From positions 1,335,637 to 1,399,636 of the forward strand of contig CP070695.1 of NCBI GenBank assembly GCA_020353515.1: a DNA stretch of 64,000 nucleotides, read 5' to 3'. The notes beneath the pieces are model-generated. The model saw nothing but the letters and a program-made list of their open reading frames with translations. It did no database searches and was not told where the DNA came from. The position numbers and the translations under genes are program-made. Positions within the stretch are counted from its first letter, which is position 1. The number at the start of each line of letters is the position of its first letter. This stretch comes from Candidatus Heimdallarchaeota archaeon (GTDB lineage Archaea > Asgardarchaeota > Heimdallarchaeia > Hodarchaeales > Hodarchaeaceae). Shown here in pieces: positions 1 to 9,239 of this stretch.

Positions 1-690
1 ACAGGAGGAGCTATCCGAACAAACCTTAATGAGGATTCACTGTCTCATTTATCTGATAAAAGACGTGAACTCATTTTACAAGCAACAAAACAATCTCTTG
101 GTACAGAGATCTCAACCTATGACATGAATCCAATCTCGCAACTGGCACGGTTTGGTGTTGAAATTCTAAAAACTAAAGATGATCTAGAAAAATATATTGA
201 TGAAAGTATGAAGGAAGTTGCCCCAAACATTCAATGTCTCGTAGGAAGCCTTCTAGGCGCACGTTTAATAGCTCTTGCAGGGAGCCTTGAAAACCTAGCT
301 AAATGTTCGTCTGGAACAGTGCAAGTTTTAGGGGCGGAGAAAGCACTATTCCGACATCTAAGATCAGGTGAAGATCCACCAAAGCATGGCGTTATTTTCC
401 AATCTTCTTACATTCATTCATCTAAGAAACATCAGCGAGGAAAGATAGCACGAGCGCTAGCTGGCAAGTTATCCATTGCTGCAAGAGTAGATTTTTTTAG
501 CGGTGAATTCATGGGCACCACTCTTGTGAAAGAATTAGAGAAAAAAATAGAAGATATTAAAACAGCGTTTCCTGAACCTTCAGAAGAGCAACTCGCACAA
601 AAACGTATTAAAAAGAAGCGAAAGCGCAAATCCTCTTTTAAAAAAGGAAAAAGGGACTTTAAAGGTAAAAAAAGGCAAAAAAGAAATTAA
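1..690 (+). CDS. nop5: C/D box sRNP protein Nop5/Nop56/58 (5'-truncated by window edge)
   Basis: Frame open from base 1; Nop domain motifs APNI..LVG..LGARLI..AGSL, TVQVLGAEKALF, PPKHGVIF, RGKIARALAGK; Lys-rich tail; upstream of fibrillarin. Confidence 0.95.
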   Translation, partial: TGGAIRTNLNEDSLSHLSDKRRELILQATKQSLGTEISTYDMNPISQLARFGVEILKTKDDLEKYIDESMKEVAPNIQCLVGSLLGARLIALAGSLENLAKCSSGTVQVLGAEKALFRHLRSGEDPPKHGVIFQSSYIHSSKKHQRGKIARALAGKLSIAARVDFFSGEFMGTTLVKELEKKIEDIKTAFPEPSEEQLAQKRIKKKRKRKSSFKKGKRDFKGKKRQKRN

Positions 691-712
691 TTACCCTTAA
701 GAGTGGAAAAAG

Positions 713-1393
713 ATGGAACTAGCAAAAACCAATATTGAAGGACTTTTCCAAGTAAAAGTGAATGATAAATCTCGATTAGTAACACACAACAAAGTCCCAG
801 GTAAATCCGTATATGGAGAAATGTTACTTTCTATCAGTGGGGAAGAATATCGTGTATGGGATCCTTATCGGTCAAAATTTGCAGCTGCGTTTTTATCGGG
901 GATGAAAGAGCTCCCACAGATTCAAGATAAACGAATTTTGTATCTAGGAGTATCAACAGGAACAACTGCTTCTCATTTCTCTGATATCTTGGTTAATGGG
1001 GTAATTTTTGGAATTGAATTTTCTCCCAAGGTAATGCGACGATTCTTTCGTTTAGCAGAACAAAGAGATAATCTAATTCCGATACTTGCAGATGCAAGAA
1101 GACCAGAGGAATATTCTCCTTTTGTCTTTGAGGTAGATATGATCTATCAAGATGTTGCTCAACCAGAACAAGCTACTATATTCGGACGTAACTCTCAGGA
1201 ATTTTTGAGGTCAGGAGGATATGGCTTCTTAGCAGTCAAATCACAGAGTATTGATGTTGTTCTCAAGCCAGGTGAGGTGTTTTCCAAACAGATGGAAGTG
1301 TTAGAACAAGAATTTGGGTTAGAAATTCAAGAATTTGGGTCTATTGATGCTTTTGAGAAGAAACACGCAGTAATAATTGTGAAAAAGCCATAG
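713..1393 (+). CDS. flpA: Fibrillarin-like rRNA 2'-O-methyltransferase
   Basis: VYGE, YRVWDPYRSK, LYLGVSTGTTASH, DARRPEEY, YQDVAQP motifs. Confidence 0.97.
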   Translation: MELAKTNIEGLFQVKVNDKSRLVTHNKVPGKSVYGEMLLSISGEEYRVWDPYRSKFAAAFLSGMKELPQIQDKRILYLGVSTGTTASHFSDILVNGVIFGIEFSPKVMRRFFRLAEQRDNLIPILADARRPEEYSPFVFEVDMIYQDVAQPEQATIFGRNSQEFLRSGGYGFLAVKSQSIDVVLKPGEVFSKQMEVLEQEFGLEIQEFGSIDAFEKKHAVIIVKKP

Positions 1394-1417
1394 GAATATA
1401 AAAGAGCAATTAAGGAT

Positions 1418-1768
1418 TTATCCATAATCTCTCCAAGTGTGTCCACAGCGTTTACAGCGGTAAAATGTTGTTGAGGCTTCATCGGCACTCCGTGTTTGTA
1501 ATTGCCAGTAAAAAGCTTCATTATTATTGCATTTATCACAAAGAGTTGCTGCAGTTGGCATTGTTTCAAGGCCATGAGGTTCTTCAATAATAACAGTTTT
1601 TTCCATTTCAGAATGATGAATCTTCTGCGAAATTTCGAAAGCTTTTGAATTCGAATCTGAACTAATAGTTTTTCCACAAGCAGGGCATCTCATCTGAATT
1701 TTTCCGTTTGGTTGTCTTTCAGGAACTAGAAGAGCGCCACAATCACAAAATTGCATTATCATCATCAA
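1418..1768 (-). CDS. tfs: Transcription factor S (TFS/RpoM-like)
   Basis: Two Zn ribbons; C-terminal QTRSADEASTTFYRC..CGHTWR with acidic DE hairpin. Confidence 0.93.
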   Translation of the reverse strand: MMMIMQFCDCGALLVPERQPNGKIQMRCPACGKTISSDSNSKAFEISQKIHHSEMEKTVIIEEPHGLETMPTAATLCDKCNNNEAFYWQLQTRSADEASTTFYRCKRCGHTWRDYG

Positions 1769-2050
1769 GTCTTTGCTGAAGGAACGTATTAAGCGAAATT
1801 ATGGCTTTCTTTTAAAGTAGTTGGATGATTAACCAAGTTTATTAAAGAATAATACAATTTAATGTTTCAGAAGTAATAGGATCACTTAAAATATCCAATG
1901 AAGAAGCCCCTAATAATGCAATGATTTCAATAGGAAAGTCATGTTGCTGTTATAATTGCAGGTCGACTCAAGAAACTCAGTAGCTTGTGATTCAATCATT
2001 GATTTGATCTATTAATAGATCTTTTAAGTTTAACATCTAGTTTAATAGAA

Positions 2051-2377
2051 GTGAAAGAAGGAGATGAAATGAGAAGGAAGTCTTCAATACCTTATGGTGA
2101 AACTACTATTCTATCTCTCCAAAATATTGCAGCTGAGACAAAATTCCAGTTAATTGCCAAGGTCAAGAATATTAATCAAACCAAAATCACAATTACTGAT
2201 GATCACGAAGATTTAGAACTTAATATTGAAGGAGAAGAATTACCAGATTTAGAAACTGGAGAAGTCGTCATTGTTTTTGGTAAAAAAACAGATTCAGGAA
2301 TTCTTAAAGAACGTATCATTAGATCAAATCTTGATTGGGGGCTTTATCAAAAAACACGAGAATTAGAGTCAAAATGA
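2051..2377 (+). CDS. Small single OB-fold protein, RPA14/RPA3-like
   Basis: ~100 aa; OB-fold-like pattern (ITITDD..., GEVVIVFGK) ending in an LDWGLYQK helix as in RPA3-type subunits. Confidence 0.55.
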   Translation: MKEGDEMRRKSSIPYGETTILSLQNIAAETKFQLIAKVKNINQTKITITDDHEDLELNIEGEELPDLETGEVVIVFGKKTDSGILKERIIRSNLDWGLYQKTRELESK

Positions 2378-2555
2378 TTACCAAAGATTTGTGAGTCCTT
2401 TTTTTAAACCCAATAGGTAGATTCCAAATTGATTGTAATATGCCTAATCTTCAAAGCTTAGGCAATTAGAAGTGAATATTTTTCGAATATTCGTCAGTAA
2501 TAATGGTATTGCCAAAATTTTCTTCAATTGGGGTTTCAGTAATTATCCCAAGTAA

Positions 2556-3014
2556 TTGGAGGCATTTGAGTTGTCCATGATTGGTGCTGCTAAAAGATCA
2601 TATCAAAAGGAGATTATTTCCTTCGTTAATAAGAGAGTCGCCGTCATTTTAAAAAATCAGAAAAAATATGTGGGAGAACTTAAGGGAGTTAATCCTGAAA
2701 CTCTTACATGTGTATTGATTAAAGCAAAACGTGAAGATGAAGCAACAGAGCTACATCGAATCTGTATAAATGGTGATCAAATATCTGAAATTTATCTAGA
2801 AGAAGCCCCCTTCGATCTTCTGGGATTAAAGGATGAACTAGAACAGATTTTTCGTCGTCCTGGTGATGTAAAGGTCTACGATGAAGCTGGGCTTATAGTG
2901 GTACTTGAACGAGTTCGAGTTTCAGAGAGTGGTGTGGAAGGCACAGGACCCGTTGCTGATCGTGTTCGTGCCATATTTGACCGCTATGCATTAACTCAAA
3001 GTTCTGAGGAATAA
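2556..3014 (+). CDS. Sm/Lsm protein with C-terminal extension (SmAP3-like)
   Basis: Sm1 (NKRVAVILKNQKKYVGELKG) and Sm2 (ICINGDQISEI) motifs plus ~60 aa C-terminal domain; start may be 2571/2577. Confidence 0.85.
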   Translation: MEAFELSMIGAAKRSYQKEIISFVNKRVAVILKNQKKYVGELKGVNPETLTCVLIKAKREDEATELHRICINGDQISEIYLEEAPFDLLGLKDELEQIFRRPGDVKVYDEAGLIVVLERVRVSESGVEGTGPVADRVRAIFDRYALTQSSEE

Positions 3015-3024
3015 GGGGTTATAT

Positions 3025-3390
3025 ATGATCATAAAAGCTGAAAGGATGCGAACTGAACTTGATTCAGACAATGACCTTTGGCTTATTGATTTCCGCGATG
3101 AAGATCAAGGAGTAAGAGGAAGAATCGAGATTCCATCTAAAATAGTCTCGATGGAAGATGTGAAAAGTTTTGAAATCGAAATCCTCCCCCGTGATTCTGT
3201 AAAGAAAGACCCATTAGATTACTCTGGCGCAATGATCGTGTATAACGCAACAAATTTTCGAACTAAACCTCTAGGTACAGAAAAAGTGTACTCATTTTCC
3301 GCAGGAGGATTAATGCTTCGATTATTTTCTACAAAAGCAATAAAGGATTTCAAGACAGTCCTCAAAGGATTCATAATTATTATACGATAA
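3025..3390 (+). CDS. rpo8: RNA polymerase subunit Rpo8/RPB8 (RpoG)
   Basis: C-terminal YSFSAGGLMLRL matches the RPB8 S.GGLL..L signature; follows Lsm gene. Confidence 0.75.
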   Translation: MIIKAERMRTELDSDNDLWLIDFRDEDQGVRGRIEIPSKIVSMEDVKSFEIEILPRDSVKKDPLDYSGAMIVYNATNFRTKPLGTEKVYSFSAGGLMLRLFSTKAIKDFKTVLKGFIIIIR

Positions 3391-3470
3391 GACATGATTA
3401 TTCGAAGTAATCTCCGCAAATTAAACCGAAACACAAAATAAAAAACTATATACCAACAAAAATCAGCGAA

Positions 3471-3555
3471 GCGGGGGTTTCCCAGCCAGGTCAAAGGAGC
3501 TAGGTTGAGGTCCTAGTCGCATAGGCGTTCGTGAGTTCAAATCTCACCCCCCGCA
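3471..3555 (+). tRNA. tRNA-Leu(GAG)
   Basis: Acceptor GCGGGGG/CCCCCGC+A; anticodon stem CTAGG/CCTAG with loop TTGAGGT; long variable arm; T-arm GTGAG-TTCAAAT-CTCAC; no encoded CCA. Confidence 0.95.
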
Positions 3556-3695
3556 TTAATCCAAAACAAATCTTTTGTTTCTTACTGAAATTTCAATATT
3601 TTTTTTTATTTTATCTCATTTTCATTCATTCCCATAAGAAGGGGGGCGAAGCTTAGAGTTTCACAACAATCTTATCCTAGATTTCAATAATAGGA

Positions 3696-3732
3696 TTGAG
3701 CTAAATTGTTATGTAATGTTGAGCTAAATTGT
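3696..3732. repeat. 14-bp direct repeat TTGAGCTAAATTGT (23-bp period) upstream of uppS
   Basis: Copies at 3696-3709 and 3719-3732. Confidence 0.5.
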
Positions 3733-3889
3733 AATGTATGTAAGTCATTCCTAGTTTTGCGGAAATTTGAATCACAGTTCTTTTTAATCAGAGTTACATG
3801 TGTTTTTGATTGGACTCTAAATGGTATCTGTAGTTCTTGCAGGGATTGATCAATTGAAAATTAGGTCAGATTTGGGTTGAGGTTTGTAG

Positions 3890-4675
3890 TTGAAATTTAA
3901 TCTTGATTCAATTTTATACCGATTATATGAAAGGAGATTATGGGCAGAAATAAAGGATGGAATTGAACAAGGAGTCCATCCCCGTCATGTTGCATTGATT
4001 ATGGATGGGAATCGGCGTTATGCTCGTTCTAAAAATTTACCGAGTAGCTTAGGTCATCATTTGGGGCGGGAAAAACTGAAAGATATCCTTCGTTGGTTCT
4101 ATGATTTACAAATCGATTTTGTCACATTATATGCTTTTTCAACTGAGAATTTTGAACGGGATGAAGAAGAAGTAAAAGAGTTAATGCAACTCTTTGAAAA
4201 GAGCTTCCGTGAAATCGTAGATCATCCTGAAATCAAAAAGCGAAATGTGAAGATCAAAGTTATTGGCCGAACTCATCTTCTCCCACCACGTGTTCAAGAG
4301 GCTATAAAAGACGCAGAAGAAATCACAAATACTAATGCCAAGGGACCGACTTTAATCATTGCAGTTGGTTATGGGGGTCGCGCAGAGATGATAGATGCAA
4401 TTAAATCAATTGCAAAAAAAGTTGAAAGGGGAAATATGACGATAGACGATATAAATGAAGTTGTAGTTGAACGTCATCTATATACAAATGGGATTCCTGA
4501 TCCAGATCTCATTATTCGAACATCAGGGGAGGAACGTCTTTCTGGATTCTTAACTTGGCAATCAGCTTATAGTGAGTTATATTTTGCCGATGTTTATTTC
4601 CCAAGTTTTCGAAAAATTGATCTATGGCGAGCTATTCGAACATATCAATCTCGACGACGTCGATTTGGGAAATGA
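3890..4675 (+). CDS. uppS: cis-prenyltransferase (undecaprenyl/tritrans,polycis-polyprenyl diphosphate synthase)
   Basis: HVALIMDGNRRYA, YAFSTENF, PDLIIRTSGEERLSGFL, RRFGK. Confidence 0.97.
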   Translation: MKFNLDSILYRLYERRLWAEIKDGIEQGVHPRHVALIMDGNRRYARSKNLPSSLGHHLGREKLKDILRWFYDLQIDFVTLYAFSTENFERDEEEVKELMQLFEKSFREIVDHPEIKKRNVKIKVIGRTHLLPPRVQEAIKDAEEITNTNAKGPTLIIAVGYGGRAEMIDAIKSIAKKVERGNMTIDDINEVVVERHLYTNGIPDPDLIIRTSGEERLSGFLTWQSAYSELYFADVYFPSFRKIDLWRAIRTYQSRRRRFGK

Positions 4676-4680
4676 AAATT

Positions 4681-5442
4681 TTAGGTATACATACGTCTAG
4701 AGGTTAATTTGTCTTTTTCTGTTTCTTCCATTGGTGCCAATTGTCGTTTAATTTCTTCTTCGATTACTCGAGCATTTCTTATTAGTGCATTGGTTTTAAC
4801 TTCTACCTGCAGCAGGGTGTTAAGCTTTTCAACTGCAGCCACAGCTCCCAAAGGATCAGGGCGATCTCTTTCCGCATAAGCAAGAAGACCAATTGCAGGG
4901 AACATGTTCATATCGAGATACCCTAGCATGATAGCGAGAGGACCGGCCACAAATAATCCAGGATCTAGTAAATTCGTGTTAACTTCTTCTGTAAACCCAT
5001 CAGGTAAACGTGAATAAGAATTAAAGGCACGACTTGGGATGTACTGCAGATTACTGTCTGAAGTTTTCAGATGTATATCGACTCCCCCAATAAAGAAAGC
5101 CATCTCGAGGTTTTTATGGCCTAGGATCCATTCAGACAGTTTTTCGGAAAATTCGATCTGCACATGGCGATATGGTTGGAGATGAGGAATAAAAACGGCA
5201 AAATTCAGATCTTGTTTTCCATAGATTTCAAATGGTAGTCTAAGTTGATTTTCTTGAACTGAAATGAAGGGTGGTGCCCCACTTGACATTATGGTAGCAA
5301 TCCTTTCCATATTCAGTTCTTGTATGAGATGGGAAACCGTAATGTATCCGATCTCTCCTAGGCCATGCCATCCGCTTATGAAAACCTGACATTTATTTAG
5401 AATTTCAGGCTGTTCAACGAAAATTTTAAATTTCATGAACAT
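4681..5442 (-). CDS. PAC2-family proteasome assembly chaperone
   Basis: GWHGLGEIGYI...HLI, GPLAIML, PDPLGA, C-terminal hydrophobic-Tyr-X (MYT). Confidence 0.88.
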   Translation of the reverse strand: MFMKFKIFVEQPEILNKCQVFISGWHGLGEIGYITVSHLIQELNMERIATIMSSGAPPFISVQENQLRLPFEIYGKQDLNFAVFIPHLQPYRHVQIEFSEKLSEWILGHKNLEMAFFIGGVDIHLKTSDSNLQYIPSRAFNSYSRLPDGFTEEVNTNLLDPGLFVAGPLAIMLGYLDMNMFPAIGLLAYAERDRPDPLGAVAAVEKLNTLLQVEVKTNALIRNARVIEEEIKRQLAPMEETEKDKLTSRRMYT

Positions 5443-5460
5443 ATGCTCCTCGTGCTTTTG

Positions 5461-6150
5461 TTACTCTAGTCGATCTTCTCTTGCAATATATCTAGCCCTA
5501 CTTTGAATTTTTTTCATATGTTCAAAAGTTTTCCTGCCTTTCCTGTATACGCTGAAATATCCTAGCTGAAATACTTCAAATAAAGCTTTATACTCATGTG
5601 AAATTGCCTTCAAGGTACTATAAAAAGTGAGTAAATCATCAGCTTTCTTTTCTATTTCAATTGAAATTTGACCTAATCCAAAATCAATTAACCATGGTGT
5701 ACTTTTCATTCTAATTATGACATTGAAAACTGTTAAATCTCCATGGATTATATCATGTTTATGAAGAAGACCAACTTGCTGTCCAACTCCCTCAAATATC
5801 GATTTTAGTATAGTAAGAGAAGTTGAATTCATTAAAGAAAAGAGAATTTCTCCCTGGATTTCTTCAATTAGTAATGTATAATTACCTGAATCAATACCGA
5901 AAAGAACAGGTACACGAGCACCAATCTTCCATGCTTCAGTCATAATGCGAGCTTCTGCTCTTAATCGATGTAAACGGATAGTTTGATCTATTTGTGGCAA
6001 ACGGTAAGGCTTTGGAAGCCGATGTTTTAGAATAATTGGAGTTTCGAGGAATAATCCACGATAAATTACAGCTTCAGCCCCTTTAGCTAAGACTTTTTTT
6101 TGTACAATCTTCAATGAATCCAATTCACTTCCACTTGGTCGGTTCGCCAA
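5461..6150 (-). CDS. bud32: KEOPS kinase Bud32
   Basis: KGAEA, K.RLPKPYR, HGDLT..N, IDFGL, RARY; downstream of kae1. Confidence 0.93.
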   Translation of the reverse strand: MANRPSGSELDSLKIVQKKVLAKGAEAVIYRGLFLETPIILKHRLPKPYRLPQIDQTIRLHRLRAEARIMTEAWKIGARVPVLFGIDSGNYTLLIEEIQGEILFSLMNSTSLTILKSIFEGVGQQVGLLHKHDIIHGDLTVFNVIIRMKSTPWLIDFGLGQISIEIEKKADDLLTFYSTLKAISHEYKALFEVFQLGYFSVYRKGRKTFEHMKKIQSRARYIAREDRLE

Positions 6151-7103
6151 CGTGGCTTCACGTGGCTGTGATTAACGGAAATAAAGTTGTTTTTTTTGTA
6201 CATATTCACTCCAGCTAAAGCAATCATGGCACCGTTATCTCCTGCAAGATTTTTTGGGACTACATAGTATTTGGTAGATTGTTCAGAGGCCACTCCTTGA
6301 ACCATTTCTTGGAGTCTCGTGTTTGCTGCAACCCCGCCAGTCAACAAAACAGATGGTTTTTTGGTACATGATAAAGCTCGTTCCGTTGCCTCTGTAAGAG
6401 CAGCAAAGGTATATTCCTGAAAAGAATAACAAATATCCGCGACCTCATGCTTCGAAATAAGCTTTTGAGCAGCTGTTACCACACCCGAAAAAGAAAAAGA
6501 CATTCCTTTAATTGCATAAGGAAGAGGAAGGACATTCTTTCCATTCTTTGCCTCTTGTTCAATGTGTGGTCCTCCAGGATGTGGGAGGCCTAAACTCCTC
6601 CCAAGCGTATCTAGTGCATTCCCAATAGCGATATCCAGTGTTTCTCCAAGGATACGATATCGTCCGTTTAAGAAAGCAATAAGTTGGGTATTTCCTCCAC
6701 TAACATATAGAACCATTGGATCATAAGCTGGTGTGACCATTCGTCCAAGTTCCACATGAGCAATACAGTGGTTTACACCAATTAAAGGCTTTTTAAGTAA
6801 TAAAGAAATAGCTCGGGCAATAGTAGCAGTCATTCTGAGACAGGGACCAAGTCCTGGGCCTTGAGAAAAAGCAACTGCATCAATTTTTTTCATTCCAAAT
6901 GGGGTTTCATAAACCATCTGTTCTAACAATATTGGAAAGTTCTTAGAGAGAAATTCAGATGCTTCCCTAGGGTGAATGCCCCCATGTTCAGGAAGGTAAG
7001 TGGCTGTTTTATTAAAAATGATTTTTTTACCCTGGGTTACAGCTACACCTGCTGTATGAGCTGTTCCTTCAAAACCCAAAATTATAGGTTCATGAATTAC
7101 CAT
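6111..7103 (-). CDS. kae1: KEOPS t6A synthase Kae1
   Basis: GFEGTAHT, GPGLGPCL, VNHCIAHVE, SGGNTQ, GETLDIAIGN, DNGAMIA. Confidence 0.97.
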   Translation of the reverse strand: MVIHEPIILGFEGTAHTAGVAVTQGKKIIFNKTATYLPEHGGIHPREASEFLSKNFPILLEQMVYETPFGMKKIDAVAFSQGPGLGPCLRMTATIARAISLLLKKPLIGVNHCIAHVELGRMVTPAYDPMVLYVSGGNTQLIAFLNGRYRILGETLDIAIGNALDTLGRSLGLPHPGGPHIEQEAKNGKNVLPLPYAIKGMSFSFSGVVTAAQKLISKHEVADICYSFQEYTFAALTEATERALSCTKKPSVLLTGGVAANTRLQEMVQGVASEQSTKYYVVPKNLAGDNGAMIALAGVNMYKKNNFISVNHSHVKPRWRTDQVEVNWIH

Positions 7104-7131
7104 ACTAATATCAAAGAGGTTTCAATTAGAA

Positions 7132-7293
7132 TCAGAACTCTGTATAACCACATAACCCACAAGAGATCCGATCTTTATGTTTTGCCATAAATGAACCTTT
7201 ACATCTAGGACAAAATGTATTCTTTCTTTTTAATGTCCCTTTTTTATAGTCCACATCATAATGGGAATGAACGGGTTTTCTTCTGGGGGTCAT
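7132..7293 (-). CDS. rps27ae: 30S ribosomal protein S27ae (eS31), 53 aa, not in ORF track
   Basis: Manual translation [53 protein letters not shown]; canonical position between S24e and kae1. Confidence 0.93.
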   Translation of the reverse strand: MTPRRKPVHSHYDVDYKKGTLKRKNTFCPRCKGSFMAKHKDRISCGLCGYTEF

Positions 7294-7298
7294 GGTTC

Positions 7299-7604
7299 TC
7301 AACTTTTATTTGTGTTTTCTCCCTCTATAATCTTATTTCTTTTCAAGCGATATTTTGGTTCAAAAATCATAACATCATCGGCATTATCATAACAATGAAC
7401 AATCACACGTGACCTAGGTTCACCAAAGTGCCCCTGGATGCTCTGAATGACAACATTTTCAAGATCCAGGTTTAATAGTGCTGCAATTTTGGCTCTAACA
7501 GATTCTCGAGATGGAGTTATCTCACCCAAGTGAGTAAGGAGAACATCAACTTCCTTTCGACCGATTAACGGGTTATACTTTTCTTGAATAATGGTTGTCT
7601 CCAT
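7299..7604 (-). CDS. rps24e: 30S ribosomal protein S24e
   Basis: [30 protein letters not shown]; start taken at METT. Confidence 0.93.
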   Translation of the reverse strand: METTIIQEKYNPLIGRKEVDVLLTHLGEITPSRESVRAKIAALLNLDLENVVIQSIQGHFGEPRSRVIVHCYDNADDVMIFEPKYRLKRNKIIEGENTNKS

Positions 7605-8163
7605 TAATGAATTCCTCATGAATTTCAAACTTACTTAGTAGTTCTTCTGCTAATTTCTTTAGGGAAGGAGTGATTAAAGCACAAACTATTCCTTCATCAG
7701 TAGTTATAGGAGGTTGTCCATATACTACTATACTTCTAAGAGGTAGTAAGATAATGGCAGCAATTACTAATAGATCCTCTTCGCCATCAATCCTGACAGC
7801 AACACGGCATTTACCTGAAGTATATGATTGTATTTGTTTAATCGTGTTCTCAAGAATCCTCCATGCTTTATATGAGATCCATTCAGGCGGATTGAAAGCT
7901 TTCAGATCTTGATATAAATCCAGATTGAGATTAATTTTCTTTTTTCTGAGTGTTTTCCCATCATAAATTACAATATTAGGGAGGAAACCGACATCAAACA
8001 ATGTTTTGGTGCAATAATCTCCTATAGATACTGTGATGATAGGTTTATTTGTATTAATATATTTTTTGGCGCTTCTTGCAGCAATTTGGGCTGGCCCAGT
8101 AAAAAGTTTCCCAATCGGATCACGTAATGATGCTCTGAGAGTTTTTGGAAGTTTATAGCCCAA
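7573..8163 (-). CDS. GTP-dependent dephospho-CoA kinase (DUF359)
   Basis: LR.PIG, SIGD, DGKTLR, NPP, DGEEDLL, YGQP..G; conserved rpoE-spt4-DUF359-S24e context. Confidence 0.9.
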   Translation of the reverse strand: MGYKLPKTLRASLRDPIGKLFTGPAQIAARSAKKYINTNKPIITVSIGDYCTKTLFDVGFLPNIVIYDGKTLRKKKINLNLDLYQDLKAFNPPEWISYKAWRILENTIKQIQSYTSGKCRVAVRIDGEEDLLVIAAIILLPLRSIVVYGQPPITTDEGIVCALITPSLKKLAEELLSKFEIHEEFINGDNHYSRKV

Positions 8164-8173
8164 AAAAAAGCCC

Positions 8174-8368
8174 CTAGCGCACCTTTATAGCATATTTCCC
8201 TGGTCGAGTCACGTTAAGTTTGTGAGCTATTTTGCTCTCATCTACATTTCTGATAATAACCATCCCAACAAATGACCTAGAAAGATGGTTATGAGTCTTA
8301 CAAATGGGACAGACTTCCTCTCCATGTACAATACTATTACACTTTTTACATGCTTTCAGCTTTACCAT
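8174..8368 (-). CDS. spt4: Transcription elongation factor Spt4 (RpoE'')
   Basis: ACKKC...CPIC, SKIAHKLNV..PGKYAIKVR. Confidence 0.95.
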   Translation of the reverse strand: MVKLKACKKCNSIVHGEEVCPICKTHNHLSRSFVGMVIIRNVDESKIAHKLNVTRPGKYAIKVR

Positions 8369-8920
8369 CTAAGTATTCTCCTTCACTGTAGAATCTTCCA
8401 ACCAGCTTTTCAAGCCCAGTCCTTCCCCTTTCATTGTAACTGCTATTTTCATACTCACATGATCAACAGTAGCCGTGATAATTTTCCCACGAACAAGATC
8501 CCCAGGTCTGATTGTACGACCAGATTCTCTTCCAACCAAAACACCTGAAGATCGGGAAGACATTTGGAAATATTCATCAGCAATTTGACTAATATGAGCC
8601 AAAGCGTCAGTGCAGCCTATTCTCATGAAAAATCCAAATTTTGTTGTTTCAACTACTTCTCCTTCGGATACTTCATCATCTAAAGGTCTAAAGGTAATAG
8701 CTTCATATTCAACGTCATGAAAAGTTGCTCCGTCACCTGGCACGATCCGACCTGGTGAAACTTCGATGATAGATAAAATTGCGACAATCATTCCGACATC
8801 AGCACCAATAGTGGTCTCATTTTTTGCCCGAGAAATGTCAAGTATGACCTCTGCTATTGATTCCCCAAAGCGATTTGGGGGGACACGAATTGTTTCACGG
8901 ATTCGAGTTAAGTAATACAT
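8369..8920 (-). CDS. rpo7: RNA polymerase subunit Rpo7 (E')
   Basis: IRVPP..FG, GRIVPGDG, S1 domain FGFF..IG..DALAHISQI, GLG..SW. Confidence 0.95.
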   Translation of the reverse strand: MYYLTRIRETIRVPPNRFGESIAEVILDISRAKNETTIGADVGMIVAILSIIEVSPGRIVPGDGATFHDVEYEAITFRPLDDEVSEGEVVETTKFGFFMRIGCTDALAHISQIADEYFQMSSRSSGVLVGRESGRTIRPGDLVRGKIITATVDHVSMKIAVTMKGEGLGLKSWLEDSTVKENT

Positions 8921-9198
8921 TGTTCTGGTGCCTCAGTACGTTTCCCTAGTACTGCAACTACTAAAAAATAGGTCATCCTCGGGTTTATTCGTTAGACTAT
9001 TGAGTCTTTCCACAGAAAAAAATTGAGAAAAAATGTGAGAATTAAAGATAAGAAAATCATCAACGTTGTATTAGGAGAACTAAGCATCAGAGAGAGCCAT
9101 TAGAATTAAGCCAAAAGAGTTTACCATTAATAGACTCAGAAATATAATGTTAGATTGAAACTAAAGTTCAATAAATGAGTGGGGAACTTAAATCAAAT

Positions 9199-9229
9199 AA
9201 AAAAAGAAAGAGGAACTAAGCTCCTCTTT
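9199..9229 (-). terminator. Hairpin plus U-tract downstream of hppA
   Basis: Minus strand AAAGAGGAG-CTTAG-TTCCTCTTT then CTTTTTTT, ~10 nt after the stop codon. Confidence 0.55.
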
Positions 9230-9239
9230 ATCGTGGAGA

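Noticed and set aside
3219-3494. 91-aa minus ORF
   Set aside because: Antisense to rpo8 and overlaps tRNA-Leu; shadow ORF
6972-7412. Two + strand ORFs (72 and 65 aa)
   Set aside because: Antisense to kae1, rps27ae and rps24e; the real gene here is the minus-strand S27ae
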